Shown: piece by piece, positions 10,867 to 20,929 of the stretch
How the letters are laid out: each line of letters starts with the position of its first letter
Numbering within the stretch: the stretch's first letter is position 1
Assembly: GCA_963702425.1 (NCBI GenBank)
Contig: CAVPCQ010000006.1
Coordinates: 1-64,000, forward strand
From: an uncultured Acidobacteriota bacterium
GTDB lineage: Bacteria; Acidobacteriota; Polarisedimenticolia; J045
Direction: 5' to 3'
Length of the DNA stretch: 64,000 nucleotides
Program-made: the position numbers and the translations under genes
Notes under the pieces: generated by a model
Database searches by the model: none
What the model was told of the DNA's origin: nothing
What the model saw: only the letters and a program-made list of their open reading frames with translations

Positions 10867-11950
10867 GTGACGCTCGACCAGAGGGCCGTGGAGGTCCTCC
10901 GCATCGTCATCGAAGAGCACGTGAAGAGCGGCGAGCCCGTCAGCTCGCGGCGCACGGCCCGGCTGCACGCGGAACAGCTCTCCCCGGCGACGATCCGCAA
11001 CATCATGGCCGACCTGACCGACGACGGTTACCTCGAGCAGCCGCACACCTCTGCCGGCCGCGTCCCGACCGACCGCGGCTACCGGTTCTTCGTCGACGAC
11101 GCGCTCGGGAACAAGATCCGCCTGCCGGCGCGCGAGGTGCGGCAGATCAAGGACCTGCTGGCCTCGACCCGCGAGCTGGACGAGCTGCTCTCCCGCGCGA
11201 CACGCCTGCTGGCCGACATGACCCACCAGGTCGGCGTCGTGCTCGCGCCGGACCTCGAGCAGGCGGTGCTCGAGCACGTGGACTTCGTCCGGATCGGCCC
11301 GCACCGCCTGGTGGCCATCTTCGTCAGCCGCACCGGGATCGTCACGCACCGCGTGCTCGAGCTGGACGAGGACCTGCCCCAGGACGGGCTCGATCGCCTG
11401 GGTGCCAAGCTGCGCCAGCACCTCGTCGGCTACACGCTGCCCGACGTGCGGCGCCGGATGATCGAGCTGCTGCGCGAGGACCACGAGTGGGCGCGGCGGA
11501 TCGGCCGCGAGGCGGTCGGCCGCGTGATCGGGTTCCTCGAGAAGCCGTTTCCCGAGGAGGCCGGCGAGCTGCGCCTCGAAGGGAACCTCGAGCCTGCTCG
11601 AACTGCCGGAATTCGGGGACGTCCAGCGCCTGCGCGACGCGCTGCGTACGCTCGAGGAGCGGACGCAGCTGGTCCGTCTGCTCGACCGCTGCCTCGCGTC
11701 GCCGGGGGTCCGGGTGATCATCGGCGCCGAGACGGAGGATCCGTCGCTGGCGCTGATGGCGGTCGTAGCCAGCCCCTATCGCGCGGGACGGACGGCCCGG
11801 GGTCTCGTCGGCGTGGTCGGGCCCCGCAGGATGGAATACGCGCGCGCCGTCGCGATCGTCGACGAGCTGGCGCGCACGATCACCGAGATCCTCAACGCGG
11901 AGGAGCGCGAGCGGGGACCGGAACAGCGCCAGCCCGGAGCGGAGGAATGA
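10867..11950 (+). CDS. hrcA: Heat-inducible transcription repressor HrcA (apparent frameshift near 11590)
   Basis: GEPVSS, SPATIRNIMADL, LEQPHTSAGRVPTDRGYRFFVD; C-terminal IIGAE and GVVGPRRMEY in second frame. Confidence 0.93.
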
Positions 11951-12489
11951 TGAATCGCGGCGAAGACGATGCGAGCTCCGGCGTCATCATCGAGTTGATC
12001 GGCGACGAGCCGGTAAACGCCGCGCCGCGGACGCCGCCGGCACGCCCCGCGGACGGTCCCACGGTCCGCCCGGCGCGGCCGCCGGGGCCGAGCATGGTCC
12101 GCGCGCGTGAAGAGTCCTACCGCGACGGGATGCGCGCAACGCTGCGCCAGATCCTGCCGGCGCTCGACTCGCTCGAGTCGTGCTACCGCGAGGCGGCGGA
12201 CCAGGAATCGCTGCAGCAGGGCGTGCGGATGGCGCTGCGGGAACTGTGGGACGTCTTCCGCGCCCACGAACTCGAGCGGATCGAGGGCGATGGCATCGCG
12301 TTCGATCCCGGCCTGCACGAGGCGGTCCAGGTCACCGCGAGCGACCGCGTGCCGCCCGGCACGGTGCTCGAAGTGATGCGCGTCGGATACACGCTGGGGG
12401 GCGAGTTGGTCCGTCCGGCGATGGTGAGGGTCTCGATCGCATGCGACGGGTCGATGGCAAGCGACCCGTTCCAGGAGGAAGACAGATGA
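11947..12489 (+). CDS. grpE: GrpE nucleotide exchange factor (divergent N-terminus)
   Basis: ILPALDSLE, FDPGLHEAV, GYTLGGELVRPAMVRV; position between hrcA and dnaK. Confidence 0.85.
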   Translation: MMNRGEDDASSGVIIELIGDEPVNAAPRTPPARPADGPTVRPARPPGPSMVRAREESYRDGMRATLRQILPALDSLESCYREAADQESLQQGVRMALRELWDVFRAHELERIEGDGIAFDPGLHEAVQVTASDRVPPGTVLEVMRVGYTLGGELVRPAMVRVSIACDGSMASDPFQEEDR

Positions 12490-14306
12490 GCCGGATCGTC
12501 GGCATCGATCTCGGCACGACGAACTCGGTCATCGCGGTGATGGAGGACGGCGGGCCCGTCGTCATCCCGGCCCGCGAGGGGAGCCACACCGTGCCGTCGA
12601 TCGTCGCCTTCTCGCGGCGCGGCGAGCGGCTGGTCGGCTCGCTCGCCAAGCGGCAGGCGGCGACGAATCCCGAGGGGACCTTCTATGCGATCAAGCGCCT
12701 GATCGGGCGCAAGCGCAACGACCCGCACGTCGACGAGGCCTCGCGCCACGTCCCGTACCGGATCGCGGCCGCCGCCAACGGCGACGCGCACGTCCAGGTC
12801 GGCGAGAAGATCTTCTCGCCGCAGGAGGTCGCCGCCGCCGTCCTGTCGCACCTGAAGGAGATCGGCGAGGAGTACACGGGATCGCGGATCTCGGACGCCG
12901 TGATCACCGTGCCGGCCTACTTCGACGACAGCCAGCGCCAGGCGACGCGCGATGCCGGGCGGATCGCCGGGCTGAACGTGCTCCGGATCCTCAACGAGCC
13001 GACCGCCGCGAGCCTGGCCTACGGCACGATGCGGGAGGGGACCGATGAGCGCGTGATCGCGGTCTACGACCTCGGCGGCGGGACCTTCGACATCTCGATC
13101 CTGCGGTTGTCGCAGGGCGTGTACGAGGTCCTGGCGACGGCCGGCGATACCTTCCTCGGCGGCGAGGACTTCGATCAACGGATCATCGGCTGGCTCGCGG
13201 GCCAGTTTCACGACGAGACCGGCGTCGACCCGCTGGCCGACCGCCTCGCGCTGCAGCGGCTCAAGGAAGCGGCGGAGAAGGCCAAGTGCGAGCTGTCACG
13301 CCAGGACTCGGCCGACATCCAGCTGCCCTTCCTGGCGACCACGCCGAAGGGGCCCGCGCACCTCTCGCGGACGCTGACCCGTGACGCCTTCGAGGAGCTC
13401 GTGAAGGACCTCGTCGAGCGGACGCGCGGGCCGTGCGAGGAGGCGCTCTCGGCGGCCGGCCTGGCGCGCGAGCAGATCGAGGACGTCCTGCTCGTGGGTG
13501 GCCAGACCCGGACGCCCCTGGTTCAGGAGACGGTGCGCCAGATCTTCGGCCGCGAGCCGAACCGGCAGGTCAACCCGGACGAAGTCGTCGCGCTCGGCGC
13601 CGCGATCCAGGCCGGCGTCCTGCGAGGCGACGTCAAGGAAATCGTGCTGCTCGACGTCACCCCGCTCTCGCTGGGCGTCGAGGTCCGGGGTGGCGCGTTC
13701 GTGAAGATGATCGAGCGCGGCGCCACGGTCCCGTGCCGGCGCACCCGCGTCTTCACGACGACGGCCGACAACCAGAGCAAGGTCGAGATCCACGTGCTGC
13801 AGGGCGAGCGCGAGCTGGCGACCGCGAACAAGAGCCTGGCGCGCTTCGACCTCGTCGGCATCCCGCCGGCGCCCAAGGGCACGCCGCAGATCGAGGTGGC
13901 GTTCGACATCGACTCGAACGGGATCGTCTCGGTCTCGGCCCGCGACCTGGCGTCGGGGCTGGAGCAGCAGGTGGTGGTGACGCCGACGACCGGCCTCACG
14001 CCGGACGAGATCGATCGCGCCATCGGCGAGGCCGAGTCCTACTCCGAGGAGGATCGGCGGCGGATCCTCTCGACCCGGACGAAGGCCAAGCTCCAGGGAC
14101 TGCTCGCAACCAACGAGAAGTCGTTCGCGGAGTTCGCCTCGCTGCTCCGTCCCGACCAGCAGGGGGAGATCCGCGCGGTCTTCGACGAGTGCCGCCGGGC
14201 GCTCGCCGCCGACGAGGTCGACGCGCTCCAGGCCGCGCTCGAGAAGCTCAGCGGGGTCGCGCGGACGATGGCGGACCTGGCGATGTACGACCCCAACACC
14301 CTCTGA
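12486..14306 (+). CDS. dnaK: Hsp70 chaperone DnaK
   Basis: [46 protein letters not shown] linker, [12 protein letters not shown]. Confidence 0.95.
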   Translation: MSRIVGIDLGTTNSVIAVMEDGGPVVIPAREGSHTVPSIVAFSRRGERLVGSLAKRQAATNPEGTFYAIKRLIGRKRNDPHVDEASRHVPYRIAAAANGDAHVQVGEKIFSPQEVAAAVLSHLKEIGEEYTGSRISDAVITVPAYFDDSQRQATRDAGRIAGLNVLRILNEPTAASLAYGTMREGTDERVIAVYDLGGGTFDISILRLSQGVYEVLATAGDTFLGGEDFDQRIIGWLAGQFHDETGVDPLADRLALQRLKEAAEKAKCELSRQDSADIQLPFLATTPKGPAHLSRTLTRDAFEELVKDLVERTRGPCEEALSAAGLAREQIEDVLLVGGQTRTPLVQETVRQIFGREPNRQVNPDEVVALGAAIQAGVLRGDVKEIVLLDVTPLSLGVEVRGGAFVKMIERGATVPCRRTRVFTTTADNQSKVEIHVLQGERELATANKSLARFDLVGIPPAPKGTPQIEVAFDIDSNGIVSVSARDLASGLEQQVVVTPTTGLTPDEIDRAIGEAESYSEEDRRRILSTRTKAKLQGLLATNEKSFAEFASLLRPDQQGEIRAVFDECRRALAADEVDALQAALEKLSGVARTMADLAMYDPNTL

Positions 14307-14363
14307 ACCGGCGCGCGCGCCGCGGCGTGAAGCGGCGCGCGCGACCGGGTATAGTCGCGGGCC

Positions 14364-15521
14364 GTGACGACCAAGAAACGTGACTACTACGAGGTCCTGG
14401 GCGTGCCGCGCAGCGCCGGCGCCGAGGACCTGAAGAAGGCGTACCGCCGCCGCGCGCTCGAAGTGCATCCCGACCGCAACCCCGGCGACCCGCATGCGGA
14501 AGAGCGCTTCAAAGAGCTGACCGAAGCGTACGCCGTGCTGGGGGACCCGGCGCGCCGGGCGCGTTTCGACGCGGGGGGGTTCGACGCCGTCGCGGGCACG
14601 CCGGGATTCGATCCCTCGATCTTCGAGGGGGTCTTCGGAGGACAGGGGTTCTCGTCGCTGGACGACCTGTTCGAGCAGTTCTTCGGGGGCGGTGCGCCGG
14701 GAAACCGGGGCTCCGGCCCGCGGCGCGGGGACGACCTGCGTTACGGGCTCGAGATCGCACTCGAGGACGCCGCGGCGGGGACCGAGATCAAGCTCCGGCT
14801 CCCGCGCTCGGAGGGGTGCCCGAAGTGCGAGGGGACGGGGGCCGCCCCGGGCGGCCTCGCGACCTGCGCCACCTGCCACGGCCGGGGCTCGGTGGTGGCC
14901 CGGGTCGGGTTCGTCCAGTTCGCGCAGACCTGCCCCGCCTGCGCGGGGCGGGGGCGCACGATTCGGAAGCGCTGCGCGGAGTGCGACGGCGACGGGCGGA
15001 TCGCGACCGAGCGGACGGTGCGGGTGCGCATCCCCCCCGGGGTCGACGACAAGACCCGCGTGCGCGTCGCGGGAGAAGGGGACGGGGGCACCCTCGGCGG
15101 CCCGCCGGGTGATCTCTACGTCGACATCACGGTCAAGCCGCACGCGGTCTTCTCACGCGACGGTGCCGACATCCACGCCACGCTGTCGGTCGGATTCCCG
15201 GACCTCGTGTTCGGCGGCAGCTTCGACGTGCCGACGCTCCACGGCCCGGCGCCGGTCGAGATCGCGCCGCGGACGGCACCCGGGACCGCGATCGTGCTGC
15301 GTGGTCGCGGAGTGCCGCGGCTCGGCCGAAGCGGCCGAGGCGACCACGTCGTGCACGTGACCGCCCGCCCGCCGGAGGAACTGGATGCGCGCGAGCGCGC
15401 GCTCTGGGACGAGTTGCACGCGATCGAGCGGGCACGGCGAGCAGCTTCCGGAGCGGCCGGTCCGGAAGCTGACCGCAACCTGTTTGAGCGAGTCAAGGAC
15501 TTCCTCGGTGGCGAACGATAG
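14364..15521 (+). CDS. dnaJ: Chaperone DnaJ
   Basis: DYYEVLG, HPD motif, G/F region, four CxxCxGxG repeats, GDLYV. Confidence 0.96.
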   Translation: MTTKKRDYYEVLGVPRSAGAEDLKKAYRRRALEVHPDRNPGDPHAEERFKELTEAYAVLGDPARRARFDAGGFDAVAGTPGFDPSIFEGVFGGQGFSSLDDLFEQFFGGGAPGNRGSGPRRGDDLRYGLEIALEDAAAGTEIKLRLPRSEGCPKCEGTGAAPGGLATCATCHGRGSVVARVGFVQFAQTCPACAGRGRTIRKRCAECDGDGRIATERTVRVRIPPGVDDKTRVRVAGEGDGGTLGGPPGDLYVDITVKPHAVFSRDGADIHATLSVGFPDLVFGGSFDVPTLHGPAPVEIAPRTAPGTAIVLRGRGVPRLGRSGRGDHVVHVTARPPEELDARERALWDELHAIERARRAASGAAGPEADRNLFERVKDFLGGER

Positions 15522-16404
15522 GCTCCGCATCCCCGGCACCTGGTACCGCGTCCGGGCGAGCCTGCCGCGTGCGGCCGAGGATGCCGCGCTCGGGGCTCTG
15601 CACTGGGCCGGGGCGACCGGCTCGGCGACCCGCCCCGCTGGCCCGCGGCGCGTGAGCTGCGAAGCCTGGTTCGAGGACGCGACGGCAGCCGCGGCGGGCC
15701 GCGCTGCGCTGGGTCGCATGGCCGGCACGAAGCTCGACGGCGACGGCCCGGAGCCGGTGCACGACGACGGTTGGCTCGACGCGTCGTTGCGCCGCCGGCC
15801 GCCGCTTCTCGCCGGGCGCTTCGCGGTCGTCGACCGGCGGCCCGACGAACTCTCCGACGCCGACACGCTCGGCGACCGCGAGCTGCTCGTGATCCCCGCC
15901 AGCCGCGCGTTCGGCACCGGTGAGCACGCGACGACGCGGCTTTGCCTGGAACTCCTGTCGGAGCGGGTCCGGCCTGGCGATGACGTGCTCGATCTGGGCA
16001 CCGGGTCGGGAATCCTCGCGATCGCGGCGGCGCGGCTCGGAGCGCGGCGCGTGCTGGCACTCGACATCGATCCGGCGGTGCTCGAAGTGACGGCGGAAAA
16101 CGTCGCGGCGCACGGTGTCGCGGGGGTGGTCCAGCCGGCCGCCGGGAGCTGGAGTGCGCTGGCGCCGGCCGCCCTCTACGATGGGCTGGTCGCCAACATC
16201 CACCGCACGGCGCTGGTGCGGGGGGCGCGTGGTCTGGCCGTGCATCTGCGCCCGGGCGCCTTCGCGGTCCTCTCGGGTTTCCTGCACGGGGACGAGGACA
16301 AGGTCGAACGGGCCTGGTCCCGCGCCGGGCTGCAGCGCGAAGCCGTGCGGCGTGACGGGGAGTGGGTCGCGATCGCGGCGATCAGGGAAGGGGCGGAGCG
16401 GTGA
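15508..16404 (+). CDS. prmA: Ribosomal protein L11 methyltransferase
   Basis: AFGTGEHATTRLCL, VLDLGTGSGILAIAA, VANI, LSG; follows dnaJ. Confidence 0.9.
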   Translation: MANDRLRIPGTWYRVRASLPRAAEDAALGALHWAGATGSATRPAGPRRVSCEAWFEDATAAAAGRAALGRMAGTKLDGDGPEPVHDDGWLDASLRRRPPLLAGRFAVVDRRPDELSDADTLGDRELLVIPASRAFGTGEHATTRLCLELLSERVRPGDDVLDLGTGSGILAIAAARLGARRVLALDIDPAVLEVTAENVAAHGVAGVVQPAAGSWSALAPAALYDGLVANIHRTALVRGARGLAVHLRPGAFAVLSGFLHGDEDKVERAWSRAGLQREAVRRDGEWVAIAAIREGAER

Positions 16405-18962
16405 GCGGATCGGCGAGATCGGGCATGGGCGGGCTGCGGATCCTCGGCACGGGGTGCCTCGTCGGGCTGCTGCTCGCAGGCTGCGGCGTCCGCTCGGCCG
16501 GGCCGGACGATCCGGTCGACCTGGCCGCGGCACGCGCGCAACTGGAGGCGGGTGACGCGCTGGGCGTGGTCGTCCTGCTGCGCGACCGGGCGGGTCACGA
16601 TCCCGAGCGCGTCGAGCTGCTGGCCGCGGCCTACGAAGCGATTCCCGGTGCAGACATCGAGGCCGCGGCCCGCTTCGCGCCGCTCGGCACCGCGGACGAT
16701 CCGCGACTCGTCCTCGTTGCGGCGCGCGCCGCGGTGCGCTCCGACGGCCTCACCGAAGCCGAGACGATGCTGAAGCGGCTGCTCGCGAAACAGCCCGGGG
16801 CCGAGGAGCTGGCGATCGAGTACGCCAAGCTCCTCGGACGCATGGGACGCCACGACGCTGCGAACCGCGTGCTCGAACCGTTCGTGCGCGACGAGCCACG
16901 GATCCTCAACCTCCGCGGCTATTCCGAGTTTCTCGCCGGCCGGCCCGAGGCGGCACGCCCATTGTTCGAGCGCTCGGCGGCCGTAGCCCGCGCCGCCGGG
17001 CAGGACTACGCCCCCGCGCTCTACCACCTCGGTCTCTACTACCGCTGGAAGGGCGAGCCGGCCGCGGCGCTCGACCTCTTCCGGCGCGCCTGCGGGGCCA
17101 GCCCCTCGCACCTCGCGGCGCACTACCAGTGGATGGCCACCGCCGAGCAGCTGGGCCTGGCGGACGACGTCGCGATCGCGCGGGGCGCCTTCGGACGGAT
17201 CTACCGGACGACGCTGACCCGCGCCGGGGCGTTCAAGGAACCGAAGGCCCCCGATCCGGGCGCCGTCGAGCGGACGACGAAGATCGAGTCGCGTCCCGTG
17301 GCGGAGGGGACGTCCTTCCGCCGCCGCTTCCCGGCCGGCGTGTCGCTCGAGATCGCGTGCCGCACGCCGGTCGCCGGGACAGCGCGTTACCTCGCGCGGA
17401 TCGAGAGCGGTCCCGGAGCGGGGACGAGCCTGCTCGACGTCGTGCACGCGAGTGGCCCGGACGGACAGATCTGGGTCCCGCACAACGTCTCGATCCCCCC
17501 CGGCGCGGCCGGAGCCGAGGCTGAGCTGCTGTTCGAGATCCGATCCACGGCCTGGCTCGCCGGATGGCGCGGGCTCGCGCCGGCGGCCGACGCAGCGTTC
17601 TCCGAGCCCCAGAAGACGGCCGGCGCCGGGCCGCGCTCGGCGGACCCCCGCCCCAACGTGCTGCTGATCTCGCTCGACACCCTGCGCGCCGATCGGTTGG
17701 GGCACTACGGCAGCAGTCACGAGACCTCGCCGGCGATCGACGCACTGGCCGCACAGGGCGTGAGCTTCGAGCGGGCGGAGGCGCCGTCGAGCTGGACCCT
17801 TCCGTCGCATTACTCGATCTTCTCAGGCCTCACCCCTGCGGCCCACGGCGTGATGCCGGACCTCGAAGCGACACGGGGCTTCATGTGGGCCGATCGGATG
17901 GTCGAGCTTCGCGGCTCGGGGCGCGAGGTGATGGTCACCGAAGCCTTCAAAGAGGCCGGGTACCGTACGGTCGGCGTGACGGAGAACGGCTGGCTGGCCG
18001 GGCGCTTCGGCTTCGGCCAGGGATTCGACGTCTACCGCGCCGACATGGTCGGCAACCTCTGGCGGACGCTCGGCGCGACGATGGCCGAACTCGAAGCTCA
18101 CGGCGAAGGGGGGCCCTGGTTCCTGTTCGTGCACACCTACACGCCGCACCAGCCCTATCACGCGCCGCGTTCGTTCCGCCTGCGCTGGGCCGACCCCGAA
18201 TCGGGTGGGCTGGCCTGGCCGGATGCGCTCGTTCCGATGGAGGAGTACCTGCGCTTCAGGACGGAGGTGTTCCAGCCCGCACCGTCCGACATCCTCGCCT
18301 TCCGAGACCTTTACGACGGCCAGGTCGCGTGGTCCGACTCCCTCGTCGCGCGGATCCTCGGGTGGCTGGACAAGCGCGGCCTCGCCGAGCAGACGATCGT
18401 GGTGCTGCTCTCGGACCACGGCGAAGAGCTCTTCGAGCGTGGCGAGTTCGACCACATCAACTCGCTGCACGAGGAAGTGACCCGGGTCCCGCTCGTCATC
18501 CGCGCACCCGGGCGCGTGCCGGCCGGCCGCGTAGTCACGGGCCCGGTGTCGTTGATCGACGTGCCGGCGACGATGCTCGACCTGGCGGGCCTCGGCGATC
18601 GGCTGGGGCTCGGGACCTCGCTCCGGCCGGCTTGGGGCGACGGGGGGACGTTGCGACCGGCCTACGCCCAGACGATCGGCCGGCAGAGCGAGCCACTGGC
18701 CGCGGTCTGGGACGGAGCGCTCAAGTACCTGCGGCGCGAGCGGACGGGAGGCGTCACCGAGAAGCTGTTCGATCTGGACCGCGATCCTTCCGAGCAGCGC
18801 GACCTCGCCGCCGTGCGACCCAACGACGTTGCGCGGCTGCGCGCGCTGCACGAAGCGCACGAGCGGGACGCCGCGACGATTCGCAAGGACCTCGGGACAG
18901 TGACCGAGCAGCTCGATCCGGAGACCGTAGAGCGCCTGAAGAGCCTCGGCTACGCCCGGTAA
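16401..18962 (+). CDS. Lipoprotein with TPR region and C-terminal sulfatase-like (alkaline phosphatase superfamily) domain
   Basis: Lipobox LLAGC; TPR helices; PNVLLISLDTLRAD, WTLPSH, FLFVHTYTPHQPY, SDHGE, LFDLDRDP, LKSLGY. Confidence 0.85.
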   Translation: MSGSARSGMGGLRILGTGCLVGLLLAGCGVRSAGPDDPVDLAAARAQLEAGDALGVVVLLRDRAGHDPERVELLAAAYEAIPGADIEAAARFAPLGTADDPRLVLVAARAAVRSDGLTEAETMLKRLLAKQPGAEELAIEYAKLLGRMGRHDAANRVLEPFVRDEPRILNLRGYSEFLAGRPEAARPLFERSAAVARAAGQDYAPALYHLGLYYRWKGEPAAALDLFRRACGASPSHLAAHYQWMATAEQLGLADDVAIARGAFGRIYRTTLTRAGAFKEPKAPDPGAVERTTKIESRPVAEGTSFRRRFPAGVSLEIACRTPVAGTARYLARIESGPGAGTSLLDVVHASGPDGQIWVPHNVSIPPGAAGAEAELLFEIRSTAWLAGWRGLAPAADAAFSEPQKTAGAGPRSADPRPNVLLISLDTLRADRLGHYGSSHETSPAIDALAAQGVSFERAEAPSSWTLPSHYSIFSGLTPAAHGVMPDLEATRGFMWADRMVELRGSGREVMVTEAFKEAGYRTVGVTENGWLAGRFGFGQGFDVYRADMVGNLWRTLGATMAELEAHGEGGPWFLFVHTYTPHQPYHAPRSFRLRWADPESGGLAWPDALVPMEEYLRFRTEVFQPAPSDILAFRDLYDGQVAWSDSLVARILGWLDKRGLAEQTIVVLLSDHGEELFERGEFDHINSLHEEVTRVPLVIRAPGRVPAGRVVTGPVSLIDVPATMLDLAGLGDRLGLGTSLRPAWGDGGTLRPAYAQTIGRQSEPLAAVWDGALKYLRRERTGGVTEKLFDLDRDPSEQRDLAAVRPNDVARLRALHEAHERDAATIRKDLGTVTEQLDPETVERLKSLGYAR

Positions 18963-18973
18963 GTGGGGCCAAT

Positions 18974-19058
18974 GCCGGCGCCGGCCTCCAAGGCCGGGCC
19001 GGCACAGAGGCCGGCGCCGGCCTCCAAGAGCCGGGCCGGCACAGAGGCCGGCTCCTAC
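18974..19058 (-). repeat. GTAG-type REP cluster (tandem 36/37 bp units)
   Basis: Minus strand GTAG-GAGCCGGC-CTCTGT-GCCGGCCCG, with the hairpin repeated in a second unit; lies between convergent genes. Confidence 0.75.
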
Positions 19059-20623
19059 GGTTTCTTGGTGTTGAGCCCGTCGAGCGACTTGCGGGCCGAG
19101 GTGCGAACGAAGGCGGCTTCGTCCTTGAGCAGCGCCTCGAGCAGTTCCTTGGCCTTCGGTCCGCCGATCTTGCCCAGCGCCACCGCCGTCGCCTGCCGCA
19201 CGCCCGGGTCCGGGTCTTTGGCGAGCTTCGCGAGGGCCGCCAGGGCTTCCGCACCCCCGATGCTCCCCAGCGCTCCCGCGGCCGCGATGCGGACCTGCTT
19301 CGCCCCCTTGGACTTGTCCTCCGCCGCCTGCACGAGGACGGGCACCTGCTTGGGGCCACCGATCTGGCCGATCCCCTCGATCGCCATCGAGCGCACGTTC
19401 GGATCCGAGTCGGAAGCGAAGGCGACGAGCGCATCCGCGGCCGCCTTGCCGATCCCGGCCAGCGCGCCCGCCGCTTCCAGCCGGACCGACGCATCGAGGT
19501 CGCTCGTGAGGGCCGACAGGTCGGCCACGGCGCGCTCCCTCGACAGGTCGGCCAGCACGGGGACGGCCGTCGCGCGGACAGCCGAGTCCTTGTCGTTCTT
19601 CAGCGTGTTGCGCACGGCCTCGGCGACCGTGACGTCACCGACCTTCGTGTCGGGCTTCGCGATCTTGTCCAGGGCGCGGAGCGCGGTGCGACGCAACCGG
19701 GGATCGGGGTCCGCAAGCTGCTTGACGAAGAGCGGCACCGACTGCTCGTCCTTCATGTCGACCAGCCCCTGGGCCGCGCCCAGCCGGACCGCGAGCGAGG
19801 GATCGGACATCGCGGCCCTCAGGACCGGCAGCGCCTCGGGATTCTTGATCCGCGCGAGCGCGCGCGCGGCGCCGGCGCGGACCGCGTCGGAAGGGCGTCC
19901 CTTGTTGGCCTTCAGCGCCTCCTTGCTCGGCATGGGGACGATCAGGATCAACTCGCGCACGGCCTCGGGGGTGCCGATCGTGGCCAGTGCCTCGGCGGCC
20001 GCCGGTTCCGCCGCGAGATCGCCCATCGTGCGCGCGATCCGGCCGAGCTCGGCGACCGACTGCGGGTCGCGTGCCGCCTGGCAGGCGAGGACCGCGGAGC
20101 GGACGACGCTCTCCGACGGGTCCTTGAGCGCCTTCCGGAAGAGCGCGTTCGCCTCCGGGTCGCGGGGGAATCCCTCGCGCAGGGACTGGATCACCTCGAT
20201 GCGCGCTCCGAAGTCGGGATCCTCGGACGCGGCGCGACAGAGGTCCCTGGGCCGCGACTTGTCCCACATCCGGCACGCGGCGCGGATCGCCCCGTCGCGG
20301 ACGATGGTGGAGTCGTCGTTGTAGAGCTTCTCGAGCAGGTCGGTCCCCTTGTCGCCGAGGATCTCCTGAACGGCCCACACCGTCTCGGCGCGCACCTCCG
20401 GCTCCGGATCGGTGACGAGGACCTCGAGCAACGGACGCGCAGCCGCGGGAGGCGGCTTGAGGCGCATCAGTTCGCGCACTCCCGTGATGCGCTCCTGCTT
20501 GGTGTCGGAGGCGAGTCGCTTCTGCACCGGCTTCAGGTCCACCTCGGCCGCCAGAAGCAGCCCCGCAGGGAGAGCCAGAGCCACGACCATCGCCAATCTG
20601 CGCCCACCGCCCGTCGTCATCAT
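19055..20623 (-). CDS. Secreted HEAT/PBS-lyase repeat protein
   Basis: Signal peptide; many L.D.DP.VR..AA.ALG repeats; GGAGG RBS. Confidence 0.9.
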   Translation of the reverse strand: MMTTGGGRRLAMVVALALPAGLLLAAEVDLKPVQKRLASDTKQERITGVRELMRLKPPPAAARPLLEVLVTDPEPEVRAETVWAVQEILGDKGTDLLEKLYNDDSTIVRDGAIRAACRMWDKSRPRDLCRAASEDPDFGARIEVIQSLREGFPRDPEANALFRKALKDPSESVVRSAVLACQAARDPQSVAELGRIARTMGDLAAEPAAAEALATIGTPEAVRELILIVPMPSKEALKANKGRPSDAVRAGAARALARIKNPEALPVLRAAMSDPSLAVRLGAAQGLVDMKDEQSVPLFVKQLADPDPRLRRTALRALDKIAKPDTKVGDVTVAEAVRNTLKNDKDSAVRATAVPVLADLSRERAVADLSALTSDLDASVRLEAAGALAGIGKAAADALVAFASDSDPNVRSMAIEGIGQIGGPKQVPVLVQAAEDKSKGAKQVRIAAAGALGSIGGAEALAALAKLAKDPDPGVRQATAVALGKIGGPKAKELLEALLKDEAAFVRTSARKSLDGLNTKKP

Positions 20624-20793
20624 CGAAGTCCGTGCCTCCCCGGGAACCCGTGCCGCCACCGCCGACATCGATTCGGCGCGACGAGCGGGAAGAGACTAGC
20701 GGCGCCTCGAAGGCGGCGCCAGCACGCGGCGGCCGTCCCTCGGGGCGGTCTCCGCCCTTGTCCGCAGACCTCTTCGGCCGCCCGGGCCGTTTG

Positions 20794-20823
20794 TTGACCC
20801 CTGGGAAGGCGCCGTGATAGGTT
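20794..20823 (+). promoter_or_regulatory. sigma70-type promoter of the pgsA operon
   Basis: TTGACC-18 nt-TAGGTT with extended TG. Confidence 0.5.
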
Positions 20824-20929
20824 CCGAGCGGTCCGGCGGCGCGCCGGCCCCCGGGCGGGCGCCGTGACCGGCCCCGCGCGGGCACGGGCGAACGGGCGCG
20901 CGGTGCCGGGTCGCCGGACTCGCGAGCCC

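Noticed and set aside
10867-12489. HrcA-GrpE fusion
   Set aside because: True HrcA C-terminus lies in another frame and stops at 11950; grpE has its own GGAGG RBS
18974-19058. Mini CRISPR array
   Set aside because: Two abutting units without unique spacers and no cas genes; better explained as REP
17564-20797. 1077 aa ORF and many other long alternative-frame or antisense ORFs
   Set aside because: Arg/Ala/Pro-rich shadow frames of real genes, expected at this GC content; no motifs
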